From: Eledone cirrhosa
Taxonomy: Eukaryota
Direction of reading: 5' to 3'
NCBI GenBank assembly: GCA_964016885.1
Contig: OZ024740.1
Location: 301,754,001 to 301,818,000, forward strand
DNA: 64,000 nt
Part shown: positions 52,789 through 64,000 of the stretch, in pieces
How positions within the stretch are numbered: position 1 is the first letter of the stretch
Layout: every line of letters starts with the position of its first letter
The notes under the pieces: model-generated
What the model saw: only the letters and a program-made list of their open reading frames with translations
Database searches by the model: none
Told to the model about the DNA's origin: nothing
Made by a program: the position numbers and the translations under genes

Positions 52789-52828
<40 letters not shown>

Positions 52829-54762
52829 TTTCTTTGAAAGCAACGTTTTTGTATTGGCCCCTAAACAACTACGCTGGTCCCCCGAATGGCCCAATTTCCA
52901 TGGGGAAAACTGACTACCACTGTAAAGTTCTTATGTTATGAGAGATTTTGTTTTATCCCCCTGATGTGTGAGTTACAAGTGAATAATTAGTTGCAATGAT
53001 ATTGTATATTAGTGAGGTAGCATTTTCTGTGAAACAGAACCACTAATTGTATTTATTCGCTACGTGAGGTGTGTATGATGTATGATATGAAAATCAATTT
53101 AAGTTAAAATATTATTATGTTATTCTCGCCAGTATTTGAAAATCAAGCCGTGTTGGATACAATGAATTCTCCCCCTCTCAGTTTTATCTAATTTGTTTTA
53201 TTTTCTGAAAGTATGGATACTGAAAATGCTCTATTATACGTGGGCATACCTATTCCTCGTTATTGCTGTGGGAATATACTGTTTGTGTTTCAAGCTAACT
53301 CATTCTCCTAAGAATGATTAATTATGACGTTATGTGGCCTCTTATTTTATCTGGACACCAATTAAGAGCAAGAAATGAAGTGGCTATATGTCGATATGCT
53401 GTTTGTTGTGACAGCCTAACGTGTCATTTGACGTAGGGCTTCCTTTATGATCTAGGTAACAGTAGGCCTCCAAATGGAAGCGTTTTTGTTTTTGTTTGCA
53501 CTCTAGTGCATGCGCTATCATTATATAGATGAAAGTGTAAAAAGGGAAACATATCAGGAGAAAATGACATTCCTAAAAAGGTGCGCCATTTACTTGATAC
53601 ATACTACATTCCACTACAATCAGATATGGTTATATCGTTCAATTTAAATCACGGAACAAGTAACGTATGAAATGTGTAACTCAATAATGTTAATATCTCT
53701 CGATAAAATCCAGCACAATTCGCAATTATTATATTAGCTATAGGGGAAAAATAACTTTGCATCAAATCCAGTATTTTTCCTCATAAAATAAAATTGCAGT
53801 AAATTTTCTTTCGCACCACAGACTGAAATATTTGATATTAACTAAATAATCTTGTGTAAAAAGCAATTCAAGTAATCCGGCTTAACATTGAATATAAAGA
53901 CATGTCTACTATTTTTAGGAAATTAAGTTGTGTTATGTTCTTTTTCAGTTAGAATTAATTAAATTCTGGAAACTACCCCCACCGCCTACCCCTCAACTCC
54001 ACACACATACATCCATTATTTCATGTTGCAGAAAATCATATTGAGATTTAATATGGAGGTGTATGAAATGATTTTTACATAAACACAATTAAAGTGGTAT
54101 GTGCTAAGAATATTATGTCAACTCCAAGAATGTTGTAATTAGAATGAATCATCACAGAAAATTATTTAGTGTAATTACATTATATTAATTTATCGAAACC
54201 TTTTCGCATATTCCCTTCCTTAATAAAGCAGAAAATATTTTTGACGAATATTTCAAACCTAATTATCAAATTTCAATTAAATCCAAAATAAATTGTGACA
54301 ATAAGATTCTACATATAAAAATTATATTTGGACCACGTATTATGCAACATTGGTTTGTGGTTCGTGCGGTCAATATTTTGACATTTATTACTGAATATCA
54401 GTGCTTAAGGTAAGCTTACTATGTAGGAATTGATAAATTATCATAGTAGGCATAAGCGGAACAATCAGGGAATGATTCCAGTGGTGAAGTGATCATAAAG
54501 ATATCATCCCCGGACCTGGTTAAGAGAGGCAGGTGTTGATTACTGATCATTCCAACTTTTGAATATACGTGATTGTCTGCGAATGTGACCCCATTGGCAA
54601 TCCTGGAATTTGTTAGGGGAAAAGTATTTTACATGCTAGCAACGATACAGCATCTTCATTGTTACCAGTCTTTTGAGAATTTATATCTAACTTGATGTCA
54701 TCGCATTACCGATCGCGATTTCCTAAACACACAAGTGCATATATGCGTATGCGTACGCTTGT

Positions 54763-54853
<91 letters not shown>

Positions 54854-55199
54854 ACTTTGTCTCTCACTATTCACAGCCGCACACAGGGCTGTTTATTTTA
54901 CTCTAGGTCTGAAATTCATATATATCCTGCTATCTACATCACCACGTTTCATGCCGCAAAAAAACATATACGCAACAGTCATGCACCAAATGCAAAACCC
55001 AAAACACAGATTCCATTTAATGATTTCGCCTGTTTGCATCAGCAGAGATGAGTATATGTATGGGAACACTAGCAACGACAAAACTTATTCGGCACTGGAC
55101 TCTTGATCGTTAATGGTGGATCCTCAACTTCTCCCTGTCAGAAATTTCATGAAACAAATCAACGTACCCATCACCGTTTGGGACTACAGATACCACCTG

Positions 55200-55405
55200 A
55201 CTTCAACAACATCAACAACCACTACTGCTACTACTACTACTACTACTACTACTGGTACTACTACTACCACCACTATCACTATTGCTGCTACAGCTACTAC
55301 TACTCCTCCTCCTACTCCTACTACTACTGCTACTACTACTACTACTAGTAGTAGTAATGTCACTGATAGTACAACAGTGTTTACTACTAATACTGCTACT
55401 GCTGC
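55200..55405. repeat. (ACT)n trinucleotide low-complexity tract
   Basis: ctactactact runs. Confidence 0.9.
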
Positions 55406-55703
55406 AGAGACCTTTACATTTACGACCACCATTACATATAGAACTATATTTAATATTTTAAAGTTATGGCCTAGAATACTGAATTTTCAGGGAAGAGTGT
55501 CTTCGGGAGTTCGATATATAATGTATCTTTTCTATGTATGTTTGTGTGAGGTAGATCTCAAATTATTTAGCATTTAGTTTTAGCAAGTCGAAATATCTCA
55601 TCCAAGTTCCTTCGTAAACGTGATTTTTAGTTAGTTGTGGTTGTTAAGTTGATGTTCAACTTGTTTTATTGTTGTGCTAAAGTATGTAATGAAAAAGGGA
55701 CGA

Positions 55704-55745
<42 letters not shown>

Positions 55746-55777
55746 TATATATGTATATATATATATATATAAATATA

Positions 55778-55807
<30 letters not shown>

Positions 55808-55809
<2 letters not shown>

Positions 55810-56198
55810 GTTAAAAGAATAGAGGTGTAACACACAAGTTATTATATATTGGTAAACGGAATAGAAAATGCTGACAAATTGTTCACAGTTGAAAAATGGT
55901 TTAATTAGGAATAAAAGAGTATTAGTGATTGTATGGGTTAGTATTCAGTTGTGGTTTTAAGTTTTTAAGTTTTTACCGGTTGCGCATTTCTAAATGATCA
56001 GAGCAAACAGCACGGACACTCTATCTCAAAATTATTTTTGAAAAGCATTTAGAAATGCGCAACCGGTAAAAACTTAAAAACTTAAAACCACAACTAAATA
56101 CTAACCCATACAATCACTAATACTCTTTTATTCCTAATTAAACCATTTTTCAACTGTGAACAATTTGTCAGCATTTTCTATTCCGTTTACCAATATAT
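55808..56198. mobile_element. ORF-less fold-back of the Neptune-like pLTR (near identical to 37056-37292)
   Basis: 55843-55996 is inverted to 56046-56198. The full tail is on the left arm, and (TA)n flanks both sides. Confidence 0.92.
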
Positions 56199-56334
56199 AT
56201 ATATATATATATATATATAGGAACGAGTAGGACCCCGACGGCTGAGCTCAAGCCGTTTCGACGGCTAATTCTGGACTGTGGCTAATTCTGCGTTATGGTC
56301 CACCTGGTTCCTTACCACATTTCCTTCGTTATAT

Positions 56335-56477
56335 AAATATATATATATATTTGTATATATATGTATATATATGTATATATATATATGTATATATATGTAT
56401 GTATATGTATATATATGTATATATATACGTATATATATGTATATATATATGTATATATATATGTATATATACGTATA

Positions 56478-56560
<83 letters not shown>

Positions 56561-56672
56561 GTATGTATATGTATGTATATATATATATATATGTATGTAT
56601 ATATAAATATATGTATGTATGTATATATATATATATATGTATATATATTTATATAAATATATGTATATATAT

Positions 56673-56722
<50 letters not shown>

Positions 56723-56793
56723 GTAAATATATATATATATGTATATGTATATATATGTATATATATATGTATATATATATATGTATATATATT

Positions 56794-56832
<39 letters not shown>

Positions 56833-56969
56833 GTATATATATATATAGATATATATGTATATATATATATAGATATATATGTATATAAATATATATGTAT
56901 ATATATGTGTAAATATATGTATATATATATATATATATATATAAATATATATGTATATATATGTGTAAA

Positions 56970-57026
<57 letters not shown>

Positions 57027-57061
57027 GTATATATATATATATATATGTATATATATGTACA

Positions 57062-57106
<45 letters not shown>

Positions 57107-57111
57107 GTACA

Positions 57112-57158
<47 letters not shown>

Positions 57159-57310
57159 ATGTATGTATATATATGTGTATATATACACATATATATACAT
57201 ACATACACACACACATATATGGAACTAATTTCATACATACATACATACATGTATATATATATTTATACATATATGCATATGTGTGTGTGTATATGTATAT
57301 ATATGTGTGC
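56335..57310. repeat. Long degenerate (TA)n/(TATG)n microsatellite (one of many; others e.g. 370-566, 32102-32720, 34043-34640, 41570-42420)
   Basis: Directly visible in the sequence. Confidence 0.97.
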
Positions 57311-57881
57311 GTGCGGGTGAATGTGAGGAAGCCAAAGTATGACGGAAATTAGTTCCATTCTGTGAAAGGAAAAATCAGGAATGTTCTTAAGTTTCGGTCT
57401 AAACACATACGAACGCAGCCTACCACAACATATATTTACGAACACACAACCACATAATACATATCAACAATCATACCTACAGACAGATCCAATGATACAC
57501 TCTCAAACACATAGTGACACTCATCTATTTTCTGTTACGTAATTCAATCCCAAAGCCATAATAGCGCCTACTTTTCCGTCTCATTTCCTACGCTCTTTCT
57601 AATATATCTAAATTCTAATATATCTAAAACAACACATCGACACATCACTCACCACCCATTTTCTTCTTTCTTTCGATTTTTCCCGAAGTATATGTGCGCC
57701 TAAAAGTTACAACTGATTCTTTACTCGTTTCCGTGCAGGAATATAACATCTTCGTATTTCCGTTATTCGATGTTTTTGTTATTTTTCCAAACTCTGAAAA
57801 ACATGTTCCCGGTTTAGTATACCTTTTAATGCACGAGAAAATAAAAACGCATACATACACACAGAGACACATTTACACCTA

Positions 57882-58411
<530 letters not shown>

Positions 58412-58466
58412 ACATATATATATATATATATATATAAATATATATATATACAACTTGCTAATCAAT

Positions 58467-58501
<35 letters not shown>

Positions 58502-58579
58502 GTGTGCATATTTTGTCTGCTGTATTAGTTGTTAGAGAATATGTTTCAAACTATAAGAGACCCATAGCAAGCCAGGGGT

Positions 58580-58980
58580 GAATGTGCAAGCGCGTGTGTG
58601 ATAATGGACGGGGTATTAAAGAAATTGGGAGGTGAGTTGAGCCCATGAGGGAAACTGGACACAAGGCGGTAAATCAGCCACTGTTCAGTCCTGGTCTGCA
58701 AGGCCTGTGATCCGTGATGTAAACGGACACCCAGGACTGAGACATGTTGGGAGGAGTGACCAAGAGAACGGAAATTACTGGCGACAGGATTATCCAAACG
58801 GAGTTGCATGTCCCTCAAATTCTCAGCAAAACGGTCTGCCATACTGTGTCTCATGTGTCCAATGTATAAGGACCCGCAAAGGGAACACTGGACGGCATAG
58901 AAAACAACGTCGGTGGTTCTGAAGGTGAAGGAGTGGCGGATACGGAAAGACCTATTAGGGCCTGTGAGAGTGGTAAAAGA
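58580..58980 (-). pseudogene. Decayed Neptune-like GIY-YIG endonuclease fragment
   Basis: GPNRSFRIRHSFT, CSLCGSLYIG, DRFAENLR..PVASNF..GH, EQWLIYRL..PHGLN. Confidence 0.88.
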
Positions 58981-59556
58981 CTAGCATCCGAAGCGTTAAG
59001 ACCCACTTCCTGCTATTTCAAGCGTTAACCTGATATATTCCTTACATATACTGTACCGATTTTGTTGTTATTTCTGTCTACCTTTTACATGCATATATAT
59101 ATATATATATAATTAAAAGTTTAACATGGTTCACTGAATTCATCAATGAATAAAGTCCACAATAGATTAGAAGCACTCTACAGTGGGTTTTCCTCCCTTT
59201 GTTTATACGATTAAACTTATTCTCCTCTCTCTATCACTTGATCATTTCTCCCTTCTCTTCTTCCTACGATCAAATCTCGTTCAGTTTCTCTCTGTCCTCA
59301 TGATTTGCTATATGTATCTCTCACTTCCATTATCTACAATAATCAGATATGCATATATTATTATTATTTAAATTGTTAACAGTTATATAAGTTTATGTAT
59401 TATACTTTATACACATTCTCATACGCACACTCTGTATTATATGTAATTTTTCATGTTTCAACTTAACGTGTATAAATATTGAGTTTTGTCATAACTAATC
59501 ACTGCTATGACTAAATTATAACCATCAACATAGTCAAGGTATGTCATGCATCAACT

Positions 59557-59622
59557 TATTTTATCTGATGTGGACGTACTGTTGAAATAGCTCAGTACCT
59601 CTGAAATATGTATCATAAAATA
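59557..59622 (+). ncRNA. Type I hammerhead (A9U copy)
   Basis: tattttat-CTGATGT-ggacgtactg..cagtacctct-GAAA-tatgta-TC-ataaaata; stem I is a perfect 8 bp. Confidence 0.78.
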
Positions 59623-59736
59623 TATTTCATCACATGAATGTCCATATTTATTAATATTTTGAAGTTATATATATATATATACATATATATAAGTTAAAAC
59701 AATGAAATAAAAAATCAAGTCATTAGAGATATACTT

Positions 59737-59878
59737 CACTGCTTTATGATCGTTTCTAGATGATGATAATACATTGTAGCTATACTCTGTTATTCATCTA
59801 TATAAGAGTAGTTACAAAATATCAGATAAAGAGAATATTTACTTACATGCATATCACCAGCTGTTTTCAAAAGCAATA
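59737..59878 (-). ncRNA. Hammerhead, U3-A8 variant with ~107-nt stem II domain
   Basis: Reverse complement: tattgctt-TTGAAAA-[cagctggtgat...atcatcatcta]-GAAA-cgatca-TA-aagcagtg. Confidence 0.72.
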
Positions 59879-60623
59879 ATAATTTTATTCAGAATTAGTA
59901 GTATGTTAGTATCATGTCCATATTTGGAGTTAGTTGAAGAACTAACAAACCAAAGTGGTTTTTCATATGGTGCTAAGATGAAAAGTAATAGACTTTAGTT
60001 GAGGTCATGACCCTTTGAAAGGAATGGTTGAATGGTGTTAATAGTAGAATTGTCATTAAAATCTATTAGGAGTAAAGGGATTGTAAAACTGATAGTTGAA
60101 TGTATCTGGTATAGTGAAGTTTAAATGGAATGTAAAATAAATGGTGATTAGTGTTGTATTGACTTTTTACGTGAATATAAATTAAGTTTATGGCTAGGAA
60201 AGATAGTATATTAAAAGATGAAAATTATAATAAGATAATGAAATACAGTGATGCGATAATATACAACATAACCAACACAATATAGTAATGTGTGGTAAAT
60301 TGCACCTAGTATAATACAGCATATGATACGCTATAAAATACAGCCAAGTATGTTTATGTATAAATAATCAAACTCAGATAAATACATGTTGGCATAGTTA
60401 AACACATAAATGTCATAGATTACAAAGTACATATATCCACACTATATATAGAGACGTACAGTTATATTAATATCCAACCAAAATATATATACGCACAAAT
60501 AGATGCAAACCTAAACACACATTTACACATGTGCACATAATCATATACACACATATTCATAGATATCTATATCTACACATACACACCTATACCCACACAT
60601 ACACATATATATATATACACACC

Positions 60624-60686
<63 letters not shown>

Positions 60687-61583
60687 GTCTCATTCTGACG
60701 TCACCAGCCATGTTTCTCCATATGTGTTTCTTTTCAAAATTCCGCACGAGATGAACTAGCCTGCTTTTAAATTCCCTTTTTGGTATATTTTGGCAGTGAT
60801 AATTTTGGTTATCGTGTTGAGCTCTACTGAGGAACGATTCCAACCATGAATTATCCCACTGAAAAGTTTCGTGAAATAGTCTTTTTAAGACTATACAGAG
60901 CATTTGTAGTTTTTCCAAATTGAAGGATGAGTATTTAAACTTTATTTTATTCTGAGTTAAGACTCTATTGGTTTTTTTCCTGGATTTCACAAAATCTGTG
61001 GATAAAATCTGTCTTGATTTTTTTTTTATTGAGTTTGAATTATATTCCCATATCTTACGTTAATTATGTTCCATTTTGAAGTTATAGTCACTTATATATA
61101 TTATGAAATACTGGTGGCTTCTTGCTCACATTAATTTTTCTATTTTCATTTATATATATATATACATATATACATACACATATATATGTGTATGTACACA
61201 CCTCATACAAGTACACACACTCATATATAAACACTCATACACATATACTCACATATACACACACACAAACACACATACATATACATATATATATATATAT
61301 ATATACACATACATAAATATATATATATTTACACACAAATATAAATATATTACCATATCATACATAGATATATATTTACTCATGTAATTACGGGTGGTTG
61401 TGTACCTTGTTGCCTTTAGTCATTAACGCATAAACTTAAGGAAGCTAAAACATTAAAAGGTAAAAAAATACGCATGAATGCATATAATTAGGGGAAAGTA
61501 GGACTAATAAATGTTACTCTATAAAGAATTATAGTGAGTTGCTATTTAGAATATTTAATTAGGTTTAAAGTATTTAAATATTC

Positions 61584-61680
<97 letters not shown>

Positions 61681-61691
61681 ATATATATTTA

Positions 61692-61793
<102 letters not shown>

Positions 61794-61894
61794 TATTGAA
61801 GTGTCCGTTGAAAATTGAAAAAGTCATAGGAGTGAAGAGTGATCTATGTACGTGCCAGAGCTAAATTTAATATATAATAAACAATACAATATTA

Positions 61895-61968
61895 TTACCT
61901 CATTACCAGAGGTTTTTCGAATAAGACGATTACGAAAAACGTCCTCATTCGTTCGTCGGATAAGGCAA
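61895..61968 (-). ncRNA. Hammerhead motif, U4C variant, in a probable inverted pLTR (61795-62340)
   Basis: Reverse complement: ttgccttat-CCGACGA-acgaatgaggacg..cgtcttattcgaa-AAA-cctctgg-TA-atgaggtaa; stem I is 9 bp. Confidence 0.65.
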
Positions 61969-62347
61969 TTTAAAACATAAAAATCTCCTCAAGAAAGGCA
62001 AAGGCTTAACGGGCAAAGAAAAATATAAATAAAAGTAATGCAAGAGATATATAAAAAAAATAAGGAAATATAGTTCGTGTATGTGTATAAATGTGTGTAT
62101 ATTTATTCACAAATGTACATAAGTGTGTATATAAAAATGCATGTGTATAGTGAGAATATGTGCGTAAGTACATATATGAGGGCAAGCATATCAGTGTATG
62201 TGTGACCACAATACGTATATAATATATGTTGAAAAAGGAATTGTAAGATAATAGAGTTAACGTACATCCAGATACAGGTATTAAATATACACACATGAAA
62301 GTATGAAAGCACGCGTATAAACACACACACGCGCGATCACACACAAG

Positions 62348-63149
62348 CTATTTTCAATAAGGCATCCGTCTACTATAATATAGCCCTTCAAAATAGCGGA
62401 TTCAGCGAAACGATTAAGTACATACCCAACAATACTAACGCCTTTAAACATAATAATAGGAAAAGAAAATTAATCTGGTTCACACCCCCTACTCTTTAGC
62501 AGTTAAAACTAATGTATGCAAAACATTCCTAGAGCTCTTAGATAAACATTTCCCTAGAACACATAGATACTATAAGATCTTCAATAGAGACTGTTTCAAA
62601 ATTAGCTACTCCAGCGGTCCCCCTATTAAATCTTATATCCTCAATAAGAAAACAATCAGAGAACATCAAAATTGCTCTTGTAGTGTCAAAAGTGAATGCC
62701 CATTATAAGGTATATGCAACACCAAAGCCATTGTATATGCGGCTAAAGTGACAACCATCAGCAACAACCTACCAGCCACTAGCGAACGATATGTGGGTAT
62801 GGCACAAGACAAATTCAAAACGGGTTATTACTCACATGTCGCATCTTTTCGACATCCGGAAAAAAGATTTACAACAGCTCTGGCTAGCAGAATATGGGAT
62901 TTGAAAGACAAAGGTATCCAATATAAATTGGATTGGTCAATTTTGAACCAATCTAAAGAATATGCAAGAGGAACAAGAAGATGCACACTCTGCATAAGTG
63001 AAAAGTATTGGATTTTACAGAACCTTAAATCACCAAAAACCTGCCTAAATGCAAAAATAGAAATTTTCACCAGTTGCCCACACATGAAATCACACTTGCT
63101 TTCCAGCTCATATAAACTTAACTCACTTTCAGATACTTATCCTCCATAA
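62348..63149 (+). pseudogene. 5'-truncated, frameshifted Naiad-like PLE endonuclease region
   Basis: RKLIWFTP, FLELLDKHFP..YKIFN..KISYS, CSCSVKSECP, IVYAAKV..YVGMA..FKT, TALASRIWDLK, CTLCISEK, SCPH. Confidence 0.92.
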
Positions 63150-64000
63150 ACTTTTGTTCATCACTTTCCTTAAATTATCCTCTTTACAGACTTCTCTTTC
63201 TGATTTATTTTTAACTTTATTTTTATTTTTATTTTTACTTCACATCCACCAGTGACCCTCCTCCCTACTTTTTGATTCACTTACCTAATATCTTCACAAT
63301 TCCACATTTTACTTCCGCATTTTCTTTCACTACCTGTTATTACTTGTCACTTTCGTTTTCGACCTCAGATATATTATGTTGCTTCGCAGCCGCTTTTGTA
63401 TTTGTACTCCTTTATTCATACGGCTGGTTTATAATTTGTATCTATGCGTGTGAGTGTGCATGTATGTGTGTATATGTATATATATATATATGGTCGCGTA
63501 CATACGTGTGATTAGATATATATGTGCCGATATATATATATATGTGGTTCGTGTGTATGTATGCGCGCCTCTGTATGTATGTACGCATGTATATGTTTTT
63601 GTCTGTACGTATTTATATATATATATATCTTTATATATATATGTGTGTACATACGAAGCTATGTTTGTTTTCCTTTTTCTAGTGTTAATTCATAATTGAT
63701 AACCCTTCCCTCCTACTTTCTCTTTGATTTAAACATTTTTATTCTCTTATATTGTTTCATTTTTATATGTATCGAGCCTCAGACTGACACCACTTTGACT
63801 GATACACTCCCTTCCCTGTATATATCACTCGCATGTATGTGGTCGTGCGTGTGTGTGTATATACGCGTGCTTTAATACTTGTATGTGTATATATTTCATT
63901 CCTTAATACCTGAGTCTGGATGTACGTTAACTCTATTATCTTACAATTCCTTTTTCAACATATATTATATACGTATTTGTGGTCACACATAGACTGATAT

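Larger units (their letters stand above)
46243..52795 (+). mobile_element. Near full-length decayed Naiad-like PLE: inverted pLTR, pLTR, ORF, 3' UTR/pLTR, partial tandem copy
   Basis: 46243-46684 is inverted to 46763-47236, and 49485-51143 is repeated at 51150-52790. Confidence 0.92.

Noticed and set aside
53000-54760. Host exons in the unique-looking region
   Set aside because: There is no ORF or motif I can recognise. Small exons cannot be excluded without transcript data.
55103-55577. Thr-rich mucin-like ORF
   Set aside because: It is explained by an (ACT)n tract, and there is no other coding evidence.

Overview
This is an AT-rich eukaryotic window, probably octopus/cephalopod (inferred from the SINE types and the extreme (TA)n/(CA)n content). 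I recognise no host protein-coding gene, and the many YIYI/CVCV ORFs are microsatellite artefacts. The window is dominated by Penelope-like retroelements (PLEs). There are about nine GIY-YIG endonuclease or RT remnants (Naiad-like and Neptune-like), several with inverted or tandem pseudo-LTRs. Many short ORF-less fold-back (palindromic) pLTR derivatives are nested inside (TA)n arrays. By reading both strands I found more than 25 type I hammerhead ribozyme (HHR) motifs from roughly a dozen sequence families. They include recurrent non-canonical cores (compensatory U3-A8 'TTGAAAA', and U4C 'CCGANGA') and very large branched stem II domains. Also present are RTE LINE fragments, tRNA-derived SINEs and local tandem duplications. 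All structures were folded by eye and coordinates are approximate to a few nt.
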